From the sequence record DRR723986_21860: DNA of 47,140 nt; one strand, written 5' to 3'. This document shows positions 20,475 to 30,107 of the stretch, piece by piece (the first letter of the stretch is position 1; each line of letters opens with the position of its first letter). Position numbers and translations under genes: made by a program. Under the pieces are notes generated by a model, which ran no database searches, was not told the DNA's origin, and was given only the letters and a program-made list of their open reading frames with translations.

Positions 20475-21194
20475 TTAAATATCTTCAATATTAGACAAAT
20501 CTGATTCGGCAATTAAAGTGATCCACTCGTCAAGAGAATGTGCGTTTTTTAGGTCAAATTCTCCAATTTTCTCTCTGCGAAGGGAGGTTAAGTGGCCGCC
20601 AGAATTCAATAATTGACCGTAGTCGTAGGCGATTGAACGAATATATGTACCCTTTGAACAACGAATGATGAAATGAACATCATTCTCTACAATTTTGGTG
20701 ATTTCAAATTTAGAAATGTGAATTCGTTTCGGATTTAGTTTTACTTCTTCACCTTTTCTAGCGAGATCATAAGCTTTTTTCCCTTTTATCTTTTTAGCAG
20801 AAAATATTGGCGGCATTTGATCACTTTCACCGATCATTTTTTGAGCCGTTTCTTTTATCAAAGATTCGGTGATATGCTCCGTTTCAAATCGTTTGTCAAT
20901 TTCAGTCTCTAAATCGTAAGACGGTGTTGTAGCTCCTAAAGTAATTGTACCTGAATATTCTTTTTCTAATCCCATATAGGATTCGATAGATTTGGTTTGT
21001 TTACCGGTACAAATAATCAAAAGCCCATCTGCAAGAGGGTCTAAAGTTCCAGCATGACCAACTTTGATTTTTTTAACCTTGAGTCTGTTTCTGATTTGAT
21101 ATCGTAATTTGTTAACTACATCAAATGAAGACCAATTAAGAGGTTTGTTTACCAATAACACTTCGCCGCCTTTAAAGTCGAAAGATTTAGGCAT
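20475..21194 (-). CDS. truB: tRNA pseudouridine(55) synthase
   Basis: KVGHAGTLDPLADG, PPIFSAKK, CSKGTYIRS. Confidence 0.97.
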   Translation of the reverse strand: MPKSFDFKGGEVLLVNKPLNWSSFDVVNKLRYQIRNRLKVKKIKVGHAGTLDPLADGLLIICTGKQTKSIESYMGLEKEYSGTITLGATTPSYDLETEIDKRFETEHITESLIKETAQKMIGESDQMPPIFSAKKIKGKKAYDLARKGEEVKLNPKRIHISKFEITKIVENDVHFIIRCSKGTYIRSIAYDYGQLLNSGGHLTSLRREKIGEFDLKNAHSLDEWITLIAESDLSNIEDI

Positions 21195-21984
21195 AAATAA
21201 AAGCGTAAGAAATAGCTATTAAGCCTACAATGAAACAGTAAAACGAGAAATATTTAAGTTTCGCTTTTTTCACTAGAGCAATCATCCAAGTACAGGCAAC
21301 TAGACCTGTTATGAGCGCTACAATAAATCCAATAATTAACGGAAGCGCATCAACTGAAGCAGCTGTGAACTCATCACTCATTAAGTCTTTGGCCATCTTG
21401 CCAAAAATTAACGGAACTACCATTAAAAATGAAAATCTAGCAGATTTTTCACGATCAATTCCTAGAATTACGGCGGTGGAAATGGTAGCACCCGAACGTG
21501 ATATACCTGGTAAGATGGCAATTGCTTGAGAAATCCCGATTAAAATTGAATTCATGAAACTGACATCTTTGTCAGTTTTTTTAGATCGATCTGCTAAAAA
21601 CAGAAGTCCGCCAGTAAGCAATAACATGAATCCAACCAACATTACCTGACCTCCAAAAAATTGCTCAATCTCTTCATTAAACAAAACGCCAACCGCTGCG
21701 GCAGGAATCATTGACAAAATAATCTTCACCGAAAATTTCATCTCATCATTCCATTTAAACTGAAAAAGGCCTTTGAGTATTTGTAAAAGTTCTTTCCTAA
21801 AGACGATAACGGTACTCAACGCTGTAGCGAAGTGAAGGACTACAGTCATCATCATACTCCCTTCAGGGTCTAAATCTGAATTCAATATGGTGTTCGCAAG
21901 CTCTAGATGTCCGCTGCTGCTAACGGGTAAAAACTCGGTGAGTCCTTGGATTATTCCAAAAACAATTGCTTCAAGAATTGACAT
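21187..21984 (-). CDS. uppP: Undecaprenyl-diphosphate phosphatase
   Basis: QGLTEFLPVSSSGHL and PGISRSGAT motifs. Confidence 0.97.
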   Translation of the reverse strand: MSILEAIVFGIIQGLTEFLPVSSSGHLELANTILNSDLDPEGSMMMTVVLHFATALSTVIVFRKELLQILKGLFQFKWNDEMKFSVKIILSMIPAAAVGVLFNEEIEQFFGGQVMLVGFMLLLTGGLLFLADRSKKTDKDVSFMNSILIGISQAIAILPGISRSGATISTAVILGIDREKSARFSFLMVVPLIFGKMAKDLMSDEFTAASVDALPLIIGFIVALITGLVACTWMIALVKKAKLKYFSFYCFIVGLIAISYAFIYA

Positions 21985-21993
21985 TTAATTCGC

Positions 21994-22227
21994 TTAGGCT
22001 TTGTTTTTTTTCATGATGCCATAAATTACGACACCGTATCCACCTATAACCAATAATGGGGCTAGCGTTATTCTAGTAAAACTAAATATTTCTTCTTCTT
22101 TAAAGACGTTAGGGTCTTCAGAACCTCCACCAATCATTAAAACGAAACCTATTAATGTCACAACAATTCCTGCAATGATCAATACTATATTTTGTTTACT
22201 AAAAACGAAGTTGTTATTTGAACTCAT
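21994..22227 (-). CDS. DUF3098 small membrane protein
   Basis: F.K.N...GF.LM.GGGS.DPNVF..EIFSF.RITLAP; the ftsX-DUF3098-uppP-truB order is typical of Bacteroidota. Confidence 0.85.
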   Translation of the reverse strand: MSSNNNFVFSKQNIVLIIAGIVVTLIGFVLMIGGGSEDPNVFKEEEIFSFTRITLAPLLVIGGYGVVIYGIMKKNKA

Positions 22228-22240
22228 AATTCAAAGTTAA

Positions 22241-23122
22241 TTAATATAAATTATCCAGGTTCAACCTGAGGTATTTTCTCAAAGCCAAAAAGGTTGAGAA
22301 CACGGTAATTAGCACACCAAAAACAATAATGCCTGCCATTACAATTAGAAAAATAGACACATCCGTCATTTCCAAAAACAAAGGATTTGTTCTTTCTAAT
22401 AAAACAATTAATCCGAGTACCATAGAACCAGCAATTAATCCAGATATTATTCCTTGACCAACTGCACTTAAAATAAAAGGTCGTCTTATAAATTTGGGTG
22501 TTGCACCAACCAACTGCATAGTTTTAATTAAGAATCGTTTTGAAAATAAGGCAAGTCGAATGGTGTTGTTTATCATTCCAATAGCAATGAATAACAACAT
22601 TACGGCAATCAATAATATAAAATAAATGAGCTTTTGAAGGTTGGTACTGAAGTCAGCAAAAATATCTTCACGATAACTGACTTCAACTAATCTTCCCTCG
22701 TATTCTGCGATTAAATCATTTTCAATTTTTTTAACACTGTCTAAAAAGAAATATTCCTTTTTAAGTGTCATAATTACGTGTTGTTTCAACGGATTTTCAT
22801 CATCAATAATCGAAATGTCTGCTTCGGGATCAACTTCTTCTAAATAGCTTTCCCAAGCTTCGTCCGCTGTTCTGTAAAATGCGCTAGAGGTGTATTTTTT
22901 ATCGGCAATTTCTGTTTCAATCAAACTCAATTCTAGGTCGTTTACTGAGTCATCAAAGAATAAATCAATTTCGTAGCTCTCAATTTTTGAGTCTTTCAAA
23001 TGATTTAATCCTAACCCGAACCATGCAACCACACCAATAATGAACAAAACCATTACAATCCCGACTATTGTGGAGATATATGCAGTTTGCAATCCTTTTT
23101 TGGTTTGACCTCTTTTTGCCAT
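22241..23122 (-). CDS. ftsX: Cell division permease-like protein FtsX
   Basis: INNTIRLALFSKRFLIKTMQLVGAT..FIRRPF signature and four TM segments. Confidence 0.9.
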   Translation of the reverse strand: MAKRGQTKKGLQTAYISTIVGIVMVLFIIGVVAWFGLGLNHLKDSKIESYEIDLFFDDSVNDLELSLIETEIADKKYTSSAFYRTADEAWESYLEEVDPEADISIIDDENPLKQHVIMTLKKEYFFLDSVKKIENDLIAEYEGRLVEVSYREDIFADFSTNLQKLIYFILLIAVMLLFIAIGMINNTIRLALFSKRFLIKTMQLVGATPKFIRRPFILSAVGQGIISGLIAGSMVLGLIVLLERTNPLFLEMTDVSIFLIVMAGIIVFGVLITVFSTFLALRKYLRLNLDNLY

Positions 23123-23195
23123 GGGTTAAAAGTAGGAAAATAACCGATTAGAAAAAATATTTGTTTAAACATGTAAATTTATTTTAGGGTTTTTT

Positions 23196-23203
23196 TAGAT
23201 TTG
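23196..23203 (+). promoter_or_regulatory. Sigma70 -7 element (TAGATTTG)
   Basis: Matches TAnnTTTG, 24 nt before ATG 23228; supports that start over the TTG at 23201. Confidence 0.55.
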
Positions 23204-23227
23204 TCAAAAATTAAAAAGAAACAAGTA

Positions 23228-23845
23228 ATGAAAAAGAAATTATTTTTTGGTGTGAGCATAGCAGCTTTTATGTTAGCATCTTGTGGTGGAGCTGAAGAAA
23301 CTACAGAAGAAACAACTAATGAAACTGTGGACACAACAGCTGAGGAAGTGATTGAAGCGGTAACATCTGAAATTGATACAGAAGCATCTGTTATCAATTG
23401 GTTCAATATGAATGGAGAAGAAAAGGATCATTTTGGTACGGTGAAAGTATTGTCAGGATCTTTTACGACTGAAGGAGATGTTATTACAGCTGCATCTTTA
23501 ACTGCAGATATGAACACTATTACTTCTGATGATGAAATGGGAGGAGAAAAATTAGCAGGTCATTTAATGGCTCCTGATTTCTTTGATGTGAACCAATTCG
23601 CTAGTGCAGAATTTACTTTTGATCGTCATGAAGAAGGTACGGTTTATGGAACACTAGCTGCCGCAGGAAAAGAATTCGCAGTTGAGGCACCTGCAACGGT
23701 TTCAGAAGGAACAGTTGAAATAGGTGAATTCAAAGTGGACATGTCTACATTGCCTTTCTTTGTTATGGAGAAAGAAAAAGAAGCAGACGTAACTAAGCAT
23801 CATGATGCTATGATTGGATTCTCGGCAACAATCGTTGGGAAGTAG
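23228..23845 (+). CDS. YceI-family lipoprotein
   Basis: Lipobox LASC; S.INW, HFGTV, KLAGHL..PDFFDV..F motifs. Confidence 0.8.
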   Translation: MKKKLFFGVSIAAFMLASCGGAEETTEETTNETVDTTAEEVIEAVTSEIDTEASVINWFNMNGEEKDHFGTVKVLSGSFTTEGDVITAASLTADMNTITSDDEMGGEKLAGHLMAPDFFDVNQFASAEFTFDRHEEGTVYGTLAAAGKEFAVEAPATVSEGTVEIGEFKVDMSTLPFFVMEKEKEADVTKHHDAMIGFSATIVGK

Positions 23846-23865
23846 TTAACTAATTGATTTAACGC

Positions 23866-23898
23866 AAAAAAGGTCACGTGAATCACGTGACCTTTTTT
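23866..23898. terminator. Bidirectional intrinsic terminator
   Basis: aaaaaaggtcacgtg-aat-cacgtgacctttttt between convergent genes. Confidence 0.9.
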
Positions 23899-23916
23899 AT
23901 TTAATGTTAACCTATT

Positions 23917-25086
23917 TTACAGCGTACCTCTTTTCGCTTGTTCTCTTTCTATTGATTCAAACAATGCTTTAAAGTTACCAGCTCCAAAACCACGTGCTCC
24001 CATTCTTTGAATAATTTCAAAAAATAATGTTGGTCTATCTTCAACCGGTTTGGTAAAAATTTGAAGTAAATATCCTTCTTCATCCGCGTCAATCATAATC
24101 CCAAGACTTTTCAAAGTCTCAATATCCTCTCTTAACTCATGGCTGTGTTCCTCTAATCTACCTGGAACTGCTCTGTAGTATTCTTCTGGCGGCGTTGATA
24201 AAAACTCAACTCCTCTTGAACGTAACTTTGAAACGGTATCAATAATATCGTCCGTAGCTACTGCAATGTGTTGTACCCCTGATCCTTCATAGAAATCTAA
24301 GTACTCTTCAATTTGTGACTTTTTCTTTCCTTCTGCCGGTTCGTTGATAGGGAATTTAATTCTACCATTGCCGTTACTCATTACCTTACTCATAAGGGCC
24401 GAATACTCGGTATGGATTTGCTTATCGTCAAAAGATAAAAAGTTTACAAACCCCATTACATCTTCATACCATTTTACCCAAGTATTCATTTCGTTCCAAC
24501 CGACATTTCCAACCATATGGTCAATAAACTTTAGGCCAACAGGTTCAGGATTGTAATCTGACTCCCATTTTTCATAACCTGGCAGAAAAGTCCCTTTGTA
24601 ATTTTTACGCTCCACAAACATATGCACGGTTTCTCCATATGTGTAAATTCCAGCACGAACGACTTCACCAAACTCGTCAGTTTCAACAGTTGGTTCCATG
24701 TAAGATTTTGCTCCTCTTTTTGTTGTTTCTTCCCAAGATTTTCTAGCGTCATCAACCCATAGAGCCGTTACTTTTACACCATCACCATGTTTTACAATGT
24801 GGTCATTTATTGGTGATTTGGAATTTAATGGAGTTGTTAGTACGATTCTGATTTTGTCTTGTTTTAATACATAAGACGCATACTCTGAACAACCAGTCTC
24901 TAATCCTTTATAAGCAAAAGATTGAAAACCAAAAGCTGTTTTATAAAAGTGAGCAGCTTGTTTTGCATTTCCTACATAAAATTCTACATAGTCAGTTCCT
25001 AATAATGGCAAGAAATCTTGCGCATCTTCAAATATTTTTTCCAATCCGTAATCTACCGATTTAAGATCTTTCTTTGTATCACTCAT
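23917..25086 (-). CDS. hppD: 4-hydroxyphenylpyruvate dioxygenase
   Basis: DHMVGNV, KFPINEP, SQIEEYL, GVQHIA, LLQIFT, FFEIIQR.G..GFGAGNFKALFESIE. Confidence 0.97.
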   Translation of the reverse strand: MSDTKKDLKSVDYGLEKIFEDAQDFLPLLGTDYVEFYVGNAKQAAHFYKTAFGFQSFAYKGLETGCSEYASYVLKQDKIRIVLTTPLNSKSPINDHIVKHGDGVKVTALWVDDARKSWEETTKRGAKSYMEPTVETDEFGEVVRAGIYTYGETVHMFVERKNYKGTFLPGYEKWESDYNPEPVGLKFIDHMVGNVGWNEMNTWVKWYEDVMGFVNFLSFDDKQIHTEYSALMSKVMSNGNGRIKFPINEPAEGKKKSQIEEYLDFYEGSGVQHIAVATDDIIDTVSKLRSRGVEFLSTPPEEYYRAVPGRLEEHSHELREDIETLKSLGIMIDADEEGYLLQIFTKPVEDRPTLFFEIIQRMGARGFGAGNFKALFESIEREQAKRGTL

Positions 25087-25107
25087 TTTAAATATTTTTT
25101 AAATGGA

Positions 25108-26265
25108 TTAATGAATCCACGATTTATAATAACCTTCTTGCTCAATGTTCATGGCTGCCTCGGTCAACTGTAGAGGCTTAAAAGTATCAACCATTACAGC
25201 TAATTCTAACGTTTCTTTTTTTCCGATACTCCCTTCGTAGGTTCCAGGATGAGGGCCATGTGGTATTCCTCCAGGATGCAGGGTAATTTGACCTTTTTCC
25301 ACGTTATTTCTGCTCATGAAGTCGCCATCAACATAATATAACACTTCATCAGAGTCAATGTTAGAATGATTGTAAGGTGCCGGGATTGCCTCAGGATGAT
25401 AATCATATAACCTCGGCACAAACGAGCAAATTACAAAAGCTGGAGTTTCAAAAGTTTGATGAACTGGAGGTGGTTGATGTACTCGACCAGTAATTGGTTC
25501 AAAATCATGAATTGAGAAGGCATATGGATAATTGAACCCATCCCATCCCACTACATCAAAAGGATGAGATGCATAAGTGTAATCGTATAAAACATCCTCC
25601 TTTTTAATCATGATTTTAAATTCACCTTTTTCATCAAAACATTCAAGCTGTTCAGGAACACGTAAATCTCTCTCGCAAAATGGTGAATGTTCAAGTAACT
25701 GGCCGAACCAATTTCGATATCGCTTAGGTGTATAAATCGGGTGTGTGGATTCAACAATAAATAATTTGTTGTCTTCATCATCAAAGTGAAGCTGGTAAAT
25801 CATTCCACGAGGGATTACCAAATAATCTCCATAACTGAATGGGATATTTCCTAACTGTGTTTTAAGTGTTCCATTTCCTTTATGAATAAAAATAACTTCG
25901 TCCGCATCCGTATTCTTATAAAAGTAATCAGTCATTGATTTTTTAGGCGCGGAGAGCACAATTTTACAATCTGAATTAACAAGAACTGGCACACGACTCT
26001 CTAAGAAATCGTCAGCTGGCTTTACTGCGAATCCTGAAAAACTTCTTGATTGCAAACTTTTTTCATGCGCAATTTTCGGAGCAACATCTTTAGATCCGTT
26101 AACAGCTAATACTTGGGTTGGCGGATAATTATGATATAATAATGACGACATTCCGTCAAAGCCTATAGTCCCAAATAATTGTTCGTGGTATAAGCTGCCG
26201 TCTTCTTTTTTAAATACTGTATGTCTTTTGTGGGGAATATTTCCCAATTTATGATATCTAGGCAT
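25108..26265 (-). CDS. hmgA: Homogentisate 1,2-dioxygenase
   Basis: HPFDVVGWDG, HQPPPVH, PYNHSNIDSDE, HPGGIPHGP, AVMVDT; adjacent to hppD. Confidence 0.93.
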   Translation of the reverse strand: MPRYHKLGNIPHKRHTVFKKEDGSLYHEQLFGTIGFDGMSSLLYHNYPPTQVLAVNGSKDVAPKIAHEKSLQSRSFSGFAVKPADDFLESRVPVLVNSDCKIVLSAPKKSMTDYFYKNTDADEVIFIHKGNGTLKTQLGNIPFSYGDYLVIPRGMIYQLHFDDEDNKLFIVESTHPIYTPKRYRNWFGQLLEHSPFCERDLRVPEQLECFDEKGEFKIMIKKEDVLYDYTYASHPFDVVGWDGFNYPYAFSIHDFEPITGRVHQPPPVHQTFETPAFVICSFVPRLYDYHPEAIPAPYNHSNIDSDEVLYYVDGDFMSRNNVEKGQITLHPGGIPHGPHPGTYEGSIGKKETLELAVMVDTFKPLQLTEAAMNIEQEGYYKSWIH

Positions 26266-26313
26266 AATTTAAATGTGTTGATGAATAAATTCGATTTTAA
26301 TGTTCGAATTCGC

Positions 26314-26379
26314 TCACTCTGGGTTCCTTTTGATAAGAAACTTAAGCAATATCAATAAGTAATCGAAAGTCATAGACAT
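26314..26379 (-). CDS. Putative leader peptide (uORF) MSMTFDYLLILLKFLIKRNPE upstream of hmgA
   Basis: ATG at 26377-26379 with A at -3; TGA at 26314-26316; lies between the TATCTTTG promoter element and hmgA. Translation is inferred, not shown. Confidence 0.5.
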   Translation of the reverse strand: MSMTFDYLLILLKFLIKRNPE

Positions 26380-26403
26380 AATATCGCTAAATATGCTTTA
26401 AAA

Positions 26404-26411
26404 CAAAGATA
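26404..26411 (-). promoter_or_regulatory. Sigma70 -7 element (TATCTTTG) for the leader-hmgA-hppD transcript
   Basis: Matches TAnnTTTG; 24 nt upstream of the uORF ATG and 138 nt upstream of the hmgA ATG. Confidence 0.65.
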
Positions 26412-26527
26412 AGGAAACAATCGAATTTTTTTACTGACAGAAATCATAGTGCTATGAAATAAAATTTATTTTTGTTCACCTTTCTCAAATTAAACACATT
26501 TAGTTTGAGTACTCAAAAATCTGACAA

Positions 26528-27460
26528 ATGAAGAAAATATTAGTAGTGGGCTCATCAGGGCAAATCGGTACTGAGTTAGTACTTGAACTTAGAAATAGAT
26601 TTGGAACTCAAAACGTAGTCGCTTCTGATATTCGAAAACCTGAATCACTTCCTGAAGGACCCTTTGAAGAATTAGATATTATGAATGCGGAAGCCTTGTC
26701 TGCAGTAGTTTCAAAACACGGCATTAATGAGGTTTATCTGTTGGCCGCACTGTTATCCGCTACAGCTGAAAAGAATCCAGAATTTGCATGGAAACTGAAT
26801 ATGGAAGGTTTATTTAATGTGTTGAATTTGGCTAAGGATAAAGTAATTAAAAAGGTTTTTTGGCCCAGTTCAATTGCTGTTTTCGGTCCAACAACTCCCC
26901 GTGTTAATACGCCACAATTTACGGTAATGGAACCATCTACAGTTTATGGTATAAGTAAGTTAGCTGGTGAGAGATGGTGTGAGTATTATGCCAAGCAATA
27001 TGGAGTAGATGTGCGCAGTATCAGGTATCCAGGATTAATTTCTTACACATCATTACCGGGAGGAGGAACAACTGATTATGCCGTAGACATTTTCTATTCG
27101 GCAAAGAAAAAAGAGAAATTCGCATGTTTTCTTAAAGAAGATACACCATTACCGATGATGTACATGGAAGATGCTATTCGCGCTACAATTGATATTATGG
27201 AGGCTCCAGAAGAGCAGATTAAAATTAAATCCTCTTATAACCTTGCTGGAATTTCATTTACTCCTGAAGAGATCTATAATGAAGTTAGAAAGTTATCACC
27301 GGATTTTGAAATTGAATATAAACCTGATTTTAGACAGGCGATTGCTGACTCTTGGCCTGGAAGTATTGATGATTCTAGAGCTCAAGAAGATTGGGGCTGG
27401 AAATCGAGGTATAATTTGTCAGATTTGGCACAGATTATGTTTAACAATGTCCAAGTTTAA
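26528..27460 (+). CDS. L-threonine 3-dehydrogenase, extended SDR/GalE-like type
   Basis: GSSGQIG, LAALLSA..E, PSSIAVFG, YGISK, RYPGLIS...PGGGTTDYA, RQAIADSWP. Confidence 0.88.
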   Translation: MKKILVVGSSGQIGTELVLELRNRFGTQNVVASDIRKPESLPEGPFEELDIMNAEALSAVVSKHGINEVYLLAALLSATAEKNPEFAWKLNMEGLFNVLNLAKDKVIKKVFWPSSIAVFGPTTPRVNTPQFTVMEPSTVYGISKLAGERWCEYYAKQYGVDVRSIRYPGLISYTSLPGGGTTDYAVDIFYSAKKKEKFACFLKEDTPLPMMYMEDAIRATIDIMEAPEEQIKIKSSYNLAGISFTPEEIYNEVRKLSPDFEIEYKPDFRQAIADSWPGSIDDSRAQEDWGWKSRYNLSDLAQIMFNNVQV

Positions 27461-27603
27461 CCGTTAAATAATTATCAATTCAACGTGTAGTCGCTGTTAA
27501 AGTTTTTTTTATCTTTAAAATCTAGTGGTTTATCGAAAAGATATTGATGAAGAAGAATTAATTTGTAAATTGCTACTTAGAACAAGTAAATAACCCCCGC
27601 ATT

Positions 27604-28515
27604 ATGAAAAGAATTTTATCCCTATTAGTTTTCGTAATTCCAGTAATTGGATTTAGTGCAGAGAAAGAAAAAGTATCTGCGGTTTCAGTTGACATTGAAC
27701 AAGAAGGAGTTGATCCTGAAGGATATCCTAATGAAACAGATGAGAATGGCCTTAAGCAAGGTATGTGGACGATTTGGGGTCATATGAAACCAGACAAGGG
27801 GTATCCGAATGATGGTAAAATTGAAGAGGGTCCTTACAAGGACGATAGAAAAAATGGTGAGTGGATAAAGTATCACAAAGATGGTAAAACACCTAGACTA
27901 ATCGGAGTTTACGTTAATAACCGACCGAATGGTGCCTATAAGAAATTCTACGAGCACGGTGGTGTAATGGAAGAAGGGACATTCTCTGGAGGAAAACAAA
28001 AAGAAGTTTACAAGAGATATCATGAAAATGGAATAGTTTCGCAAGAGAAGACATTTAATGAAAATGGTAAAGAAGATGGAAAAGTAGCTTTTTACTATGA
28101 AGATGGAACTCCAGAATTCGTATTCAATAAGAAAGACGGTGTTACAGTTGGAACAGGTACTAGATACTATCCAAACGGAGATGTGAAAGAAGTGATTAAT
28201 TATAATGATGATGGATCTGTGGCTTCAAAAACTCCTAAAGAAAGAGTGAATCCGCCAAAAGGAGAAACTTCAAGTAATGACGCAGCAGGTTCTGGCGGTC
28301 CAAGAGGAGACAAATTTAAAACGAAGAACGGTGAGAAATTCAACCGTGATGGATATAACAAATTATACAACAAAGATGATGAGTTAGAAATGGATGGTGA
28401 TTTCAAAGGTGGAAAACTTTGGAATGGTAAACTATACAAATATGATTCAGACGGTATTTTATTAAAAATTGAAATCTGGAAAAAAGGTAAATACCATTCA
28501 GACGGACAACTTTAA
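27604..28515 (+). CDS. Exported MORN-variant repeat protein (YwqK-like)
   Basis: Signal peptide; repeated G....Y(H/Y)..G units and a G/S-rich linker. Confidence 0.75.
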   Translation: MKRILSLLVFVIPVIGFSAEKEKVSAVSVDIEQEGVDPEGYPNETDENGLKQGMWTIWGHMKPDKGYPNDGKIEEGPYKDDRKNGEWIKYHKDGKTPRLIGVYVNNRPNGAYKKFYEHGGVMEEGTFSGGKQKEVYKRYHENGIVSQEKTFNENGKEDGKVAFYYEDGTPEFVFNKKDGVTVGTGTRYYPNGDVKEVINYNDDGSVASKTPKERVNPPKGETSSNDAAGSGGPRGDKFKTKNGEKFNRDGYNKLYNKDDELEMDGDFKGGKLWNGKLYKYDSDGILLKIEIWKKGKYHSDGQL

Positions 28516-28536
28516 TAAATAAAAAACTATAAATTT

Positions 28537-28578
28537 AAACCCTGACTCTCGGCTGAGCTGAGACGTCAGGGTTTTTTT
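28537..28578 (+). terminator. Intrinsic terminator
   Basis: aaaccctgac-tctc...gagac-gtcagggttt followed by a T tract. Confidence 0.8.
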
Positions 28579-28591
28579 ATATCAAATTTCA

Positions 28592-30034
28592 ATGAACAAT
28601 CAGATTTACATACACAATACACTTAAAGGAGAAAAAGAATTATTTAAACCGATACATGAGGGTCAAATAGGAATGTATGTTTGTGGCCCCACTGTTTATA
28701 GTGACGTACATCTTGGAAATTGTAGAACGTTTATTTCGTTCGATATGATTTATCGTTATTTAATTCATGCTGGATATAAAGTTCGTTATGTAAGAAATAT
28801 TACTGATGCTGGGCATTTGGAGGCAAGTCTTGCTGGGAAGAATCGCTTAGATCAGCTTGAGCCTATGGAGATCGTTCAAAAATATACCGTTGGTTTTCAT
28901 GATATCATGGCTTTATTCAATAATCATCCGCCTTCAATAGAGCCGGCAGCAACTGGTCATATCATTGAACAAATTGAAATTGTCAAAACAATTCTGGATA
29001 AAGGATTGGCTTATGAAAGCAATGGATCAGTCTACTTTGACGTAGAGAAGTTTGATAAAACTGAGAATTATGGAGAGCTTTCTGGCAGAAAGATAGAAGA
29101 CTTGATTTCTGGAACTAGAGATTTAGATGGGCAAGATGAAAAAAGAAGCCCGCTTGATTTTGCACTATGGAAAAAAGCCTCTCCTTCACATATTATGCGT
29201 TGGCCGTCTCCATGGGGAGAAGGCTTTCCTGGCTGGCATTTAGAGTGCACGGCCATGTCTACGAAGTATTTGGGTGATAACTTCGATATTCACGGAGGAG
29301 GTATGGATTTAAAGTTTCCTCATCATGAATGTGAAGTAGCTCAGGGTAAGGCTTCAACTGGAAAAGCTCCTGTGAATTATTGGTTGCATGCGAACATGTT
29401 AACTTTGAATGGTCAAAAAATGAGCAAATCCACTGGCAACACTATTTTACCTGGTGAGCTATTCTCTGGTGATAATGATATCATGGATAAAGCATATCAT
29501 CCAATGGTGGTGCGTTTCTTTATGATGCAAGCACATTATCGATCAATATTAGACTTTTCTTCTGCAGCTCTTTCAGCTTCAGAAAAAGGTTTTAATAAAT
29601 TAATGACTGCTATTAGTGATTTGGATAAATTGCAAGCTGGTGAATCGAGTAGTGCTAATATTAAGGAAATTGTAGAAGGGTTTTATAGCGCCATGAATGA
29701 TGATTTCAATACACCGGTTTTAGTGGCAAGAATGTTTGAAGCAGCTACAGAGATTAATAAGATCAAAGCAGGCTCTGCGTCTATTAGTAAAACTGACTTA
29801 GATTTATTGAATAAAGAATTAAAGGCCTTTGCCTTTGATGTCTTAGGTCTTAAGCCTGTGAAGAGTGGAGGTGGAAATGAGTTGGATGCAGCAATGGATA
29901 TCGTTTTAGAGCTCAGAAAAAATGCTAGAGAACAAAAAGATTGGACCACTTCAGATTTAATTCGAGATAAATTATCGGAGGCAGGAATAGTGGTTAAGGA
30001 TAGTGCAGAGGGAACCAACTGGTCTATCAATTAA
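28592..30034 (+). CDS. cysS: Cysteine--tRNA ligase
   Basis: [12 protein letters not shown] (HIGH motif), PGWHLEC, DIHGGG.DL.FPHHE, KMSKS. Confidence 0.97.
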   Translation: MNNQIYIHNTLKGEKELFKPIHEGQIGMYVCGPTVYSDVHLGNCRTFISFDMIYRYLIHAGYKVRYVRNITDAGHLEASLAGKNRLDQLEPMEIVQKYTVGFHDIMALFNNHPPSIEPAATGHIIEQIEIVKTILDKGLAYESNGSVYFDVEKFDKTENYGELSGRKIEDLISGTRDLDGQDEKRSPLDFALWKKASPSHIMRWPSPWGEGFPGWHLECTAMSTKYLGDNFDIHGGGMDLKFPHHECEVAQGKASTGKAPVNYWLHANMLTLNGQKMSKSTGNTILPGELFSGDNDIMDKAYHPMVVRFFMMQAHYRSILDFSSAALSASEKGFNKLMTAISDLDKLQAGESSSANIKEIVEGFYSAMNDDFNTPVLVARMFEAATEINKIKAGSASISKTDLDLLNKELKAFAFDVLGLKPVKSGGGNELDAAMDIVLELRKNAREQKDWTTSDLIRDKLSEAGIVVKDSAEGTNWSIN

Positions 30035-30051
30035 TACGAACTTTAATAAAT

Positions 30052-30090
30052 AAAAAAAGCCTGTCTCAGTTTTACTGGACAGGCTTTTTT
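30052..30090. terminator. Bidirectional intrinsic terminator
   Basis: aaaaaaagcctgtc...gacaggctttttt between convergent cysS and hppA. Confidence 0.88.
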
Positions 30091-30107
30091 AGTTTTATAT
30101 TATCTCT

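Noticed and set aside
22241-23122. ftsX without adjacent ftsE as an anomaly
   Set aside because: Unlinked ftsE and ftsX is, to my knowledge, the usual arrangement in Bacteroidota.
27461-27603. Possible ncRNA or riboswitch in the intergenic gap
   Set aside because: AT-rich with no convincing stems or known motifs.
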